NCBI GenBank assembly: GCA_000708835.1
Contig: DF237380.1
Span: forward strand, 14,673 to 78,672
DNA: 64,000 bases
From: Klebsormidium nitens
Taxonomy: Eukaryota; Plantae; Klebsormidiophyceae
Direction of reading: 5' to 3'
Both the position numbers and the translations under genes were made by a program. Positions 1-11,713 of this stretch are shown here, in pieces. Positions within the stretch are counted from its first letter, which is position 1, and each line of letters opens with the position of its first letter. A model generated the notes under the pieces. It was given only the letters and a program-made list of their open reading frames with translations. It did not search any database and was not told the DNA's origin.

Positions 1-1
1 C

Positions 2-229
2 GCGGTGGTCAGCGACTGGCAGATGAAGTGGAACTGGGACCTGGTTCTTGACAAGGTCAGCGAGCTCAATAAGCGCTGGGCGGAGCACAATGGGGGGGGG
101 GCAAAGCGGGGGGGCGGGTCCCCCAGGGGGGGGGTTGTCGCGCAGTGGTGGAAAGGCGTCAGGAGGACCGAGGCGGGGGGGAAGCTTACCTGGCGGGTGC
201 TTGCCAGCGGTAGCTGGGAAGTGTGGTGA
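2..229 (+). CDS. Possible terminal coding exon of an upstream gene, product unknown
   Basis: Open frame from the window edge (AVVSDWQMKWNWDLVLDKVSELNKRWAEHN...) with GC3-rich codons like the other exons. No family recognised. Confidence 0.3.
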   Translation, partial: AVVSDWQMKWNWDLVLDKVSELNKRWAEHNGGGAKRGGGSPRGGVVAQWWKGVRRTEAGGKLTWRVLASGSWEVW

Positions 230-2514
230 TAGCTTATGGAGGTGGGGATAGCTTATGGTAGACTGAGTTTGGGAGTCCCCTTTGAAGGACGTCAAGCACG
301 CACCTTGACTTGGTGGGGGCTTCTGTCGTTCCGTCAGAAGCACTCCAAGATTTTCTTCTGTCAGAAGTGTTGGAGGTGGGAAAGAGCCTGACTGAGGTGC
401 ATGGAGCTGGGAGGGGGTGCAAAATCATCCTTGTGTGTTGCTTATTTGAGCGCAAAGGTGGTAATTAAGCGTTGAGAAAGAGCAGCGGAAGGAAACGCTA
501 CAGTCAAAGATTGAAGACGGTCTTCAGGGAGTCAGGTCGACACATGTACAATAGAAAGGTGCATAAAGGTTCATCCTTGAAGACAGGATAGTACTGCTAG
601 TGTAATTGGATATCTCAGATTAGTCTTGACAGCATAGCGGGTAGCTTTATCCATGTAAGAAGGTTCTTCTTGAATGCAAACTATTGTGGGCAGGTTTCCT
701 TTTAAGAATAGTCGATCAGAGTGAAAGAACTTATATGGTGTATGAAATGGAACTAGCGAGATCAAGTCCGGGGACTTGACCTCCACCAGCGTCAGACTTC
801 ACCGAGGTAGCTGGAACATGACAGTTTGTCTAGATAGCGTTGACGGTTTGAAGATGATTGCTAGGTTAATCTAATCGCTTCTATTTGGTCCTTCAGAAGT
901 GCTATTGACCTTAGCTTTTATAAAAGCCAGATAACGACCAAAGGCCAAATATTGAAATTGTTACAACGCTTGTGACGCGGCCGTCTTTGACATCGACTTG
1001 TTGTGGTGATTGTAGAATGTGAAATACTGGTCGTCACTCACACAAGAGGCTCAGATTATATCAATATCAGATTATATGTTGAATTCTGGATATAGCTGAT
1101 CTAGCTGGCTGCGTATGGTAGCTTTTGGCATAGATGCAACATTGTGAACCATGGCGGTATCTGGAGCAACGTCTGGTTCCGCTCGCGAGCTCATTGTTAT
1201 TGATAGCATGTCGTTGAGATTGGCCCGGAGCTAGCTTCACCTGCGCTGGTATTATAACGCAGTGGATCCTCCAGTGAAACAATAGAAGACGTGCCGAGCT
1301 CACACAACGTACAATCTGCAAATTGTCACTGCGTTTGCGTGGACTGCGTCACTCAGACCGGACTGACAAATCCATTAAGAAGTTTCATTCATGGCTGCGC
1401 GCGTGGCAGCGTAGTCCGACTGCTTCGAGTATGCTACTGTTCAACTTATATATGCAACGTGGCTTTGCCCCGGCTTTGCCAGCTGGCAAGGCGGCCAGCC
1501 ACTGGCACAAGAGACCTCTTACCGTCTATTAGTCAATAATCGTTGATTTCACCCACACAGGCTTCGGTATCCGCTCAAATATCATCCGCCTGAACTGAAC
1601 CGCGGCTTCTTGCTAGTGATATGCAGCCCTTTGGTCACACAGGTGCTCGTCACTTTGCAAGAATAGGTATTTGAATGGTCCTGGTCATGATCAGGAGATT
1701 GCAGCTCTCTTTTAACTCGTCCCTAGCTGTATCGAAGCCGCGAGAGTACCGCCTGCCCATATCACGGCGGAAAAAAAGCAATCCTGAGCAGCGCAAGAGT
1801 CGAGTGAGACAACTCCCCCCCCAAATGTATAAACACAGTCCTGCTACTCAGCAACAATGGGAAGCCGCCTTTCATATTCTACAACTGCCAGCACGCAGAT
1901 CCCCGGTAGGAGCCTGATCATAATTGCACCATACGTACGTATATCTATCTGTCTGCGGTGCCGCAAACCATTGTTTTACAACAAAGCGAGACCGTGTCAG
2001 CCCTGCGTCTTAGAATCTTAGCGCGGCGTTTTAGTTTCTCAGTGCTAGAGATTTTCTTTACCCAGTCGTCCAGTGACGCTCGATCAGAGCTGTCAGTAGT
2101 TGTGCTCGGCGCACTTGCTGACAAGAAGCCGTTGTGCAAAGCAGTCCTTTTCTAAGTAGTGCTATCTTCCTACCGTACAAACATCCTAAGCTTTTGGGCA
2201 GCTTCGCCCGCTCCTGTGTCGACTCCGAGCCCCCGGCAGCGCGCGGTAAAAGCTGACACCGGAGCAAGTCGAAACCGGTGCTTGGAAACAGTTCATCGTA
2301 CTAGGCCAGTGATAATAGCAAACTCAAAAACACCCATCTAGTATTACATCCTACGTTAGTGCTAGCGTAAATACAGCGTGCCATAAGCAGTTTCAACCCC
2401 TCAGTCGAGCGGTTGAACCAGTTTCCATGTTATTGCTGCGCGTGTTCTGAGAAGCCAAAGTTCGCAAAGCTGCCCTTGCTTGCCCCGCTTATCCCTCCAA
2501 CCGAAGACCCGATT

Positions 2515-5500
2515 CTACATCCCGGGCGGTAGGGTTTGACAGCTGTGCGGGCCGCACTGCGCGGCGTGCGGCGTGGTGAAGAACCGGGTCAGCGCGCCGC
2601 ACACGAGCGACATGGCGGCCGCGGTGATGCCGACCGGTATCAGGGGGATCCCCCGCCAGAGGAACGTGCTCTCCTTCGCTGCACGAGAGAAAGGACGGGC
2701 ACTTTGCTTTCTGACGTCACGACCTTCGTTGGCTCACGATGAAGAACCAGGAGGCTGCCGACGGGTAATCTCTTCCACTGAGAGCGGAGTTTGCCTATTT
2801 CCAACATCCGGGATTCGAAAAGCAACCCTCCACTTTTACATATGGCGGAGAATCGGATCAGGGGCTAAGATCCATAGCCTGTGACTTTCTTGACGGAGCC
2901 GCTTTTGAGGATGCTGAACCTCCAAAGAAGGGGTCCTGTTGTGTCAGACCTACTGTACATTTTCTCGAGCCACGTCCTTTGTGGGCAGAAACCCCCATGC
3001 CCTTCTCATCACTAGATTTGCACGGGTTCGAGTCCGAAGCAGCCGCTGAGGTGCTGTCCTGAGGGCCATTTCCCATACCGACGGAACCACTTTCCTAACA
3101 AGTTCAGTCGGTTTCAAGCCCGGTTAATTATCTAGCTGAAGTTAGTCAGGCCGGGGTTAGGATTTGCACCCAGCGGTTAGCCGAACCAGCACCGCAACGA
3201 CGCCGCGTTGTGGGGCGACCTGGACGGGTCATCTTAACCTTGTCGGTTTGTGTGCGAAATCCCAATTCTCTGATTAGCAGGTCGGTTCACTCAAGGGACA
3301 GAAACCCACCGGTTAGCCGGACCAGGCCCATGACGACGCCGCTTCAATGGCTGACCTGGACGTCTTCTTAACCTTGTCGTTCCCAAGATTTTGATTAGCA
3401 GGCCGTTTTTCTCAAATCGAGGTTAGGAACGGAAACTCACCGTTTAGCCGGACCAGGCCCACGACGACGCCGCTGAGGAGGCCGCCGACGTGCGACCAGA
3501 CGGAGACGAACATCTGGGCGCCTGCGGACGCGTCCAACATGCCCATCACCTGCGCCCATGCGTCCGAATGTCAGGGAAGCGAACGTAAAAGCAGTACGTG
3601 CGAATCCAAGGACATGCGAACGGGTTGAAGGACGGTGCGTCCGGAAGGCTGGAAGGAGCGTCCGAAGCTGCGAACAACGCGTCCGAAGAGAACTACGCCT
3701 GCGGCTAGGTCGGGAACGGTGCGTCCAATGGTAAAGTGGTTCGATCCGTTTTGTAAAACGACGTGTCCGGGTTATGGCGAGGGTTTGGTCCAGATAGAAG
3801 AACCGTGCAACAGAAACCTCAAAGCAGGAAGAGGCGCAGGCAGGAGCAGCGGGAGAGAGGCACGAGCGTTCAGCAGTAGCAAGGATAGGTTTGCTTTGGG
3901 AGCTGTCCGTAGGTATCATTCGTACGAGAGAACGTCCGAATTGAAGAAAGGTGTTGGAGGCGGTGACGAGTGTCAAAATCGATACGAAGGGTTGTCGCAT
4001 GAGAAAGGAGCGTCTCTGATGGGGAGGTCACTTTCAAAGTTCAAAACCCAAAAGTTTGAAGAGACACTGCCACGAAGTGTTTGGCAAAACGTCTTTTCAC
4101 GGAAGATGAATTCAGGAAAGGCAAAGAGATTGTCTGACCACTCGCCTAGATGATTACCGAGCTATATATTTGAAACCCAATATGTGAAACGAAGCGTTGG
4201 GGAGTTTGTTTGTAGTAACTTCTGACCTTATTCCAGTGAGGGATAGGTTTGCCGCTGGGGACAGCAGCGGAACTGAAAATAATAACGGATTCATTTGACC
4301 CAGTCTCACCGGTCAGAGTGTAAAGTACGTGGTAAATGAGATACTGACAGAACGAAAAACTCTGCCTGTGCGTTTGCGCCCCTTGAGAAGCTCACCACAA
4401 CACACAAGCCCGCGGCCGCGAGCGTCGCCCCGTACGCCGCCCAGGCCGGCGCGCGCGCGGCCGCGAAAGCGCGCGCGCGCGGGAGCTCCACGAGGAGCAT
4501 GCCCGCGGCGCCGACGACGAGGCCCGCGGCGCCGGCCGCGGTGCAGCAGCGGCTGTCCGCGACCGCGCCCACCAGACAGGAGCCGAACGTGATCTGAAGG
4601 AAAAATGACGGGCAGGGGGGTGATTTTGCAGTTACTCTGACCCCCCATGCACGAAGTGTGCTGCTTTGATTGCTGAGAGCTGTTGGGCTCAGGAACACGG
4701 ATGCTGCCCACCAGACAGGAGCCGAACGTGATCTGGGGGAAAAACGAAGCCCGTGTCTGAAGAGAGTATTCACACCGCCTCTTTCCTGTGGTGATGGGTG
4801 CTCTCTTCACATCCGTCATCCACGTCATCCAACGAGCGGGGGTTGGAAACTCTTGTTACTTTGACCCCGTACTCACGAAGTGGGCTGCTTTGATTGTTGA
4901 GGGCTGTTGGGCTTAGGAACACGGATGCTGCCCTCCACACCGGAGCCGATGTGAATTGGGTAAAAACGACAGGCAGGGGGGGTGGATTTGCTGGTCCTTT
5001 CTCCCCCCCGACTTCAAGATTGCGTTGGATGTGAAGGAGTTTTGGAATCAAGAACGCAGCTGCTGTCAACAGGACAGGAGCCGAACGTGATCTAGGAAAA
5101 ACGACGGGCAGGGGGTAAATTTCGCTGGTGCTTTCGGCCCCTCACTACGACTTGATTTTGTCCTTTAGAAGGTTCCGGGTCAGGAACGCAAGTGCTGCAT
5201 ATGGAACAGGAGGCGTAACGTGATTTGAGGGGACACGACGGGCAGGGGGGTCGATTGGCTGTTTTTGACCCCCACTGCAGTGTGCCGCTTGGGCATTGCG
5301 GAAGTTCGGGGTAAGAAAATTACGTGCCGCAAACGGAACGCATCGCAGAGAAACGAGGTCAGATGGAAATCCATTCCCACGAGTCCCGGGGTTGACCGCA
5401 TACTCCAACGAATTCTCGAAAGCCCGTCTCCTTGCCACTGCTTGGGAAAGCGACCGGTCAAAACGTACCGGGCAGGAGCGGTACGTACCAGGAGGGAGCT

Positions 5501-7488
5501 AAAAGCCGCGACGGCGGTGTCGCAGCGCGTCTCCAGAAGCGACAGCACGAGCACCAGGGGGATTGCCATGGCGGCCAGGTGGAGCAATCTGCGCTCGGGA
5601 TTGTGCCACGTGTCATAACTTGCGGCGTCTGTGCTCTTCAAACCTTTGCAAAAGACAGCGGATGCTAAAATTGGAAGCATGAAACAAATGGCTCTCAACA
5701 AATAGGTCTGACTTTGAATTGCTATCGGTAGAAAGGAGAATGGACGGCTCTTCAAGCTTTTTCCCTTCGCAGATTCCTAGCGAGGGGTTTATAACAGAGA
5801 CGTCTCTCCGTCAACCGCGGCCCTTCTGGCGCCGAGAAGCTAATTGAACTTTCCGAGGTCTGGCAAGGTGACAGAGCCTTTTTTCCGAAGCTTTCATCCA
5901 GTTATCATTTGATGTCCAGGGATCCGCAAGAGCTTTCCAGGTACTTCTATCACGGGAGACGGAAATGAGAAAGTTCAAGGGCATGTGGTTACCTGGTGTG
6001 AATGAGCACCGGGGACACCCACCGCCACCATTCTCCAGCCATCGCGGCCACGCCGTATCTGCATTCACACCGGAGCGCGTTTCACGTATTGTGATTCAAT
6101 TGGCCGGCGAGTTAATCGCGGCGTCGAAGAGTGCAAACGCCTTCGCAGATCTTAAGAGTACGGATTCCAGGAGATTTCCACGCCCTTACTCTTGTGTTAG
6201 CAACTGTATTTACGAGGGGAAGCGTTTGCATTTCAGGTATTAGGGCTTTGGAAGAAGACGAAGAGGGTTAAGCCGAAGGTCATAAGCGCTCACCGCACGC
6301 CCTACTGCTGTACAAACTGCACGCTGAAGCAGCGCTCTAAGATTAGATTTCTCAGACTTCCAGATTGTCTAGATTGTCTAGATCTCGAGTTAAAAGGTCC
6401 GATTGTTGGTGAAGGATTCCGCGTTTGCTGGAATTCAAATTTAACCCACTCCAAATCTTCGAAACATTGAAGGGTTACGTTGAGAGTTACAAGAGCTCAC
6501 CCCGCGCCCCACTGCTGCAGGAACTGCGCGCTGAACGGCTCGTAGCAGCGCCTCCAAACCAGAATTTGTCGGATTTACGTCTAGCTAGCTACGAACTGTC
6601 TTTCTGGAAAATCAAAAACAAAATATTGAATCTTATAAGCGCTCACCGCGCGCCCCACTGCTGCAGAAACTGCACGCTGAACGGCTCGTCCTGTATCAGC
6701 GCGTCGACGAGCGTGCCCGGCCCCCACTTGCAGTTCTGGCTCAGGTAGGGGGATCCCTTGAACCCCGGCAGGCACGCGCGCTGCTGCGTGCCGCGGTACT
6801 GCGCCGCCATCGCCACGTGGACGCACACGAGCGCCCAGAACATGAACTGCGCGCGAGCGACTTCCACGTGTCAGGAAGTCAGTGGGCGGATGGAAATGGT
6901 TGGCGGGACAGTTGAAAAAGGGTTGGATCGCGAGTATGAAGAGAGAAGGCACCTTAGGATACTGTCAGCTTCGTTAGACGCTCCTACTTTGCAACGACGA
7001 TTCGCAAAAGTAGGGGGATTTTCACGATGGAGTCAAGATACTGTCACATTCTGCCGAGGGCGTTCGCTTCTTTTCAATTGTGGAACAAGCATCTTGATCT
7101 GTGCCTTGACTTTCATCTTTGGTTTGCGGCGAACCGAGATGACGATCCCTCAGCCCCCTTTTCAAGTTTCACGTGGACCACCCTTTGCTTTATCCCTGGT
7201 CTGACGTCAGCGTCTGACGGCAGACATTCTCACCCACGTAAAGCTGAGGCGACCCTTCAACACCTCCGTCGCATCTCCCGCAACTTCTAGAGCTTCTGCC
7301 CACAGCTCACGGAAGAACCCTCGCCGGGATATCCGGAACGGTAACCCGGTCGACTCCTTGGAGGGAGTGTCAAGACCTTCAGGGGCCAGCTGAGAGATCT
7401 CCATTGACACCATCTTTTCCGGGTCGCCGATGCTGCTGACGGAGCTCCGCCGCCGGGAGCCGTTCGGAGAGCCGCTCATCTTCAGCAT
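2515..7488 (-). CDS. Rhomboid-like intramembrane protein, probably a pseudoprotease; 7 modelled exons, 5' end uncertain
   Basis: Phase-consistent GT-AG exons 7488-7234, 6846-6647, 6058-5993, 5588-5489, 4593-4396, 3513-3441, 2678-2515. They give TM1, then QWGARYGVAAMAGEWWRWVSPVLIHTRLLHL (rhomboid L1 WR motif), TAAGAAGLVVG (GxSG position), WSHVGGLLSG (AHxGG motif) and a Cys-containing tail. Confidence 0.8.
3110..3500. repeat. Roughly 130-bp tandem decayed copies of a rhomboid exon 3' end and donor
   Basis: The motif ggttagccggaccaggccc..gacgacgccgc occurs at about 3175, 3311 and 3442 (true exon). Confidence 0.75.
4560..5260. repeat. Five tandem copies (unit about 125-140 bp) of a rhomboid acceptor and exon start
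   Basis: caggagccgaacgtgat(c/t)t...acgggcaggggg recurs at about 4575 (true), 4715, 4940, 5075 and 5205. Confidence 0.8.
6280..6710. repeat. Three copies of a rhomboid exon 3' end and donor
   Basis: gctcacc.c.cgccc.actgctg.a.aaactgc.cgctgaa at about 6288, 6495 and 6641 (true). Confidence 0.75.
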
Positions 7489-7799
7489 GTGTCGTATTCT
7501 GCATGGGGACATGATCAGCGGTTTATCTACTCCGGAGCGTGCTTGTTAAATCTTCATGGATGTCACTTATGACCACAAAAATGAGTTGGCGGACCTTCCT
7601 GCAGAAGAAGCTCTAATCGAGCCCCTACGATCTACCGTAAGCTGTAGAGATGCTTGCTTACGTTACTGGTATGCCTTGTTAGATAAACCCGGCCAGTCTC
7701 ATGTTCAAAAGACTAGGCCTAATCAAGGCTGTGGAAGCTTCCATCCTGAGTCCATCCGTTCAAGAACACTTACGGAACATGCTTAGTATCCTTTCGTTG

Positions 7800-8140
7800 C
7801 CTTCACCTCTGAGGCAGGGACTGTTCCTTCCGGGTGTGTCCGGCGCCGAACATTCCTGAGGAGTGTCCGGAGCCACCGAGGAGGGTTTTATGGGTGCAAG
7901 GTCTAGTGTTCCATAGTTCTGGGGTTCGAGAGACTGGCGCTCGACCAGACGAAACATGCAATGCTTTTTCTTTCGCTATGATTACCTGTCAAGACGTGGG
8001 CTGTTTCTTCCGGGCGTGCCGGGCCCGGGACTGTCTTGCGGTGTGTCTGGAGCCACCGACGAGTAGGGCCGCATCAACGCCCCGGGGTCGTACCCCGGTC
8101 CCTCTCTTCGTGGACCTTCGTTCTTCCGGCCTGTTCCACC
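7800..8140. repeat. Local duplication of about 200 bp
   Basis: ttccggg.gtg.c.ggc.c.g..c...c.tg.gg.gtgtc.ggagccaccga.ga at about 7828 and 8008. Confidence 0.6.
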
Positions 8141-8739
8141 AAGAAGTGGTTTTAACTTGTCTATGACTGAATAGGCGAACGCCATGGGTATGTTTTGACC
8201 GAAATTCGGCTATCTCAGGCCGAGCGGATGTCACGCAAGAAAAGTTCAACAAATGCACGCATGCGCGAAAGCTTGGGGATAATCATTTGACCTAGAAGGG
8301 TCTCTGGTGCGACTCGCTGCGGGTTCAAGCGCCACGTGGCAGCATATCCGCTTTGGTCGTAATGTAGATCCCGACGCTCCCTTCCGTTCCAAGAACGGAG
8401 AGCCTGATACCCAGTAGTTGGACAAATTGCACACAAGCGTCAGCTCCTTCATCCTCCCTTAGGTTGTCATAGAATCTTTCCAAAGGTGCCTCTCAAGCCC
8501 TGAGCTGCGACCGAAGTTGCAGCTTTAAGGGGAACCGCGTGATATACGATCGAACGCAGGTTGCCTAACCTAACCTCACCTTTTGCCCCCCCGTGTTGCC
8601 GCCCCAACCGCAGCATCGCAACCGGACCCCTCGACGGCCGCCGCCCCCTCCCTTCCCCCCACCGACCCGTTCGTTCCCTTTCTTTAGAATCCATCCCCTT
8701 CTCCTCCTCGCCTCTCTCCACATCGCTGTCCCCATTCTC

Positions 8740-9810
8740 TGTAATGCTCACCAGCGCCCGCGGCCCGGGGAGACTCTTCTGCTTCTTTAGGCGTCCCGTC
8801 CTGCCATTCTGCCCCGGCTGGTCTTCAAAAGATTCTTCCCGGCCGCTCGGTTCGTGGTCAGTGTGCCTCCGGTGACTGAACGGACTGGTTCCGGGCTGGA
8901 CGGACTCCCAAGAAACGGTCCCGTCGTTGACCGTGAACGCGCGGCGGCCACGTGCCCGGCCCGGTTTCACGGAGGGGCTGCAATTTGAGAGGAGCGGAAT
9001 CCTTGCAACCCAGAATCATATGAGTTGCATTCGGTCGAATGATTCATAGTGGAGGCGCCTGAAGCAATGGTTTATGGGGGAAAGCTTCCTTCAACTAGGA
9101 CACGTTTTTCGAGAATGTTTCTGCGTCATGTGCGAAGCCAACATTCAACCGTGATTGCGGTGGTGCCACAGATGGTGCTGGGTGCTCCGTAAAGCCGATA
9201 CGCCCTTGATTAGAAGAGGTTTTAGATCTGAGATTCGCATGACAAGAAAGCTCAAGTTGTGTTCTCTGAAAAGTTCTGCCTTGACCACCAGTGATGGTAG
9301 CTGTTTGCTCTGCTTACAGTTATCTTGACCCGCCCCTTCACAGCTAACACCCCCCTCTTTCCCTTTCATTCTCACAAATAAGGGTCTGGAAACCACTGGC
9401 ACAGATCCAAAGCTGACCCGTTTGCAGCAGCCACCGGACAACCCATCGACCCGAAATGCGGCTACGCACCTTCTAATCATCCGCAACTTCAGCAACCTAA
9501 GTCAGAGGAGAAACCCTCGCAACGCTCACCTGTTACCGCTGCCTTCTCCTGTGGAACCCCCGGTTGAAACCCTCCTCCTTCCGGGGGCTTCCGGGCTGGG
9601 CTCTTCCTGCCCCCCCTCAGAAGCTGTAGGCGAAGAAACCCTTATTGAAGACAGCCGGCGAATACGGCCAAGGTCCGAATGGAGGATTGCATCCACTGTG
9701 GGGGGGTCCACAGGCAGGGAGGGGGGGGAGAGGGGAGTGGAGGTTCCGTCCAGGGGGTGGAGCGTGCTGGTTGGGGTGGAGCTCTGCGGCCCCCCCTCCG
9801 CAAAATCCAT
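8740..9810 (-). CDS. Possible additional 5' exons (Ser/Pro/Gly-rich) of the rhomboid gene
   Basis: ATG at 9810 (MDFAEGG...SGNR) ends in AG|GTGAG and joins in phase to an acceptor near 8978 (PSVKPGRARGRRAF...). I could not confirm an in-frame join to the 7488 exon. Confidence 0.3.
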
Positions 9811-11713
9811 CGCTTTCCTTACCCCCTGAAACGGGCGCTGAAATTCGGGTTGTGCTCAGCTGGGTTGATGCATTGGGAGGGGTTTTCTGGTGGGCACTTG
9901 TTGAGTGTGGGGAAGCGTAGCTGGGATTCGCTAGTGGGGGTGGGGGATTTCGTGTGATTTGGGGTTTAAAAAGAAAAGTGCAATTGTCCCAATTGGGCTG
10001 TGCTAACTAGCTGCAAAGGAGCTAGGGTGAAAGGGCCAGCGGCCATAGGATTTTCTGGTTGGACCTTTTGGATTTTCTGGTGAAGAGCGGGCCAGCTCAT
10101 TTTAGGGTAACCACACTGCTGTTCTACTGAATTCAGCTCGTTATCCGTGTATAAGTTTATGCACTGAAGAGAGCCGCCCCATCTCCAGGGCAAATCTGAG
10201 CACTCCACTGCTTGATGAGCTAGGCCAGCCTGCCAGCAAAGAAAGAGCTGCAACCTGGTGGCTGCCGCGCAGCTATGCTTCAAAAGAGAAGCTCATTTGT
10301 CGTTGAAATGAGCACGGGCCAAATTACCACGTCTGCTGCTTTCCATCGGCCCACCCAATGCAGCTCGTGTGTGGCAGCTCCTAGCTCAGCACTACATTTT
10401 AGGAGCTTCAGTCCCAGCTCCAGTCTATGCGTCTGTTGTCTGTCAGCTTGCTTCGCAGCTCGCTCCTTGTCCCTCTTCCTGATTCGCTCCAAATTTGCAT
10501 GTCTGTTTCATCTGTTGCTAACTTTGCTGCCTTAGTATATAGCACTGTAGCAGGCGCGAGCCGCGCGGCCGGCATGAGGCTAGCCTTAGTAGACGGTCAC
10601 GACGGTACGGTAGCCGCTGACGGTCGGACCCGTGAGGCGCCAAGGTCCGCGTTCTGACAGCTGCCATTTGCTGATGGAGGGTCCGTCATTGGCGGCGATG
10701 CAAGCGGCTGGGAGGGCGCGGGACTGCACTTCAAATGTTGTCAGTTGTTCGCTGATGTCAGCTCAGTGCTACCCAGTATAGTACAAACCGTACAACGTTT
10801 ACAGGTAAATAGGTAGGTACAGGTAATTATTTCGAAATTTGAACCGTCTAACCGTCAATCTTCGTAACGTGACAATAAACGCGCGCGCACGAAGTCAGCC
10901 GTGGCCCGTTGATTGTTTTTGAGGCGCGCGCAAGCGCGGCGCATTCAGGCGCCCGTCGCTTCTGAATTTACGGAGACCGTCTACCACGCGGACTGCAACA
11001 TCAACGTGAAAGACGATATCCGATGATCGAGACGGGGACAAGATGTCCAAACCTTTGATTTAAGTACGTTAATATGTAAGTTTGCATCTCAAGTACAAAT
11101 AATTTCACAAAGGGCCTAGCCTTTCAAGCTTGATTGCATGGAGCTTGTATAGCGGTGGTTGCATGGCATGTAGGTACTACGGACGTTTTAGACGTGGGAG
11201 AATAGCTTATATGCTCTAGTAGGCAACTTAGCAACCGCATGAAGAACTGAGGAGCAGTAGAATTGATTACAACACCACATGTATAGCAACTGCATGAAGA
11301 AGGATCGCGGAAAGATTACAGGCAATGGATACACCACATTTGTACGGTATGCCACTGGAAAAGCCTATTGCATATTGCATGCCTATTTGGGTGCATGGTG
11401 AAAACGACAAAAACCCATCGTCGATCATGGAATCTGCCGCAATGCATGACACAATACGATAGCATACTATGCTGCTGTTACGCCGCCGATGCCATGAGCT
11501 AGAGCTCAGTAGGAGCTTTTCTGCAATACCATGATATGTCTAGCCTGCATGTGCAATATTGAAAAGCAGCGCGCTATTGGCTGTGCGGATTTTTATGACT
11601 TCATAAGAACCATGTAACGCTGCCAAAAGATCCGCCTATTTGCGAACTCGGACTGGGTCCACTGAAGCTCCAATTCATTCCGTCGCCTTCTCCCTTCCGT
11701 GTCCACGATCACT

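Noticed and set aside
571-2160. Short ORFs with protein-like stretches (CIQEEPSYMDKATRY, VKLAPGQSQRH, DDWVKKISSTEKLKRR)
   Set aside because: No recognisable family and no consistent splice chain could be built.
3437-4153. Long ORFs of 172-187 aa on both strands
   Set aside because: They lie in a rhomboid intron full of GCGTCCRA micro-repeats; no protein motif, so likely chance ORFs.
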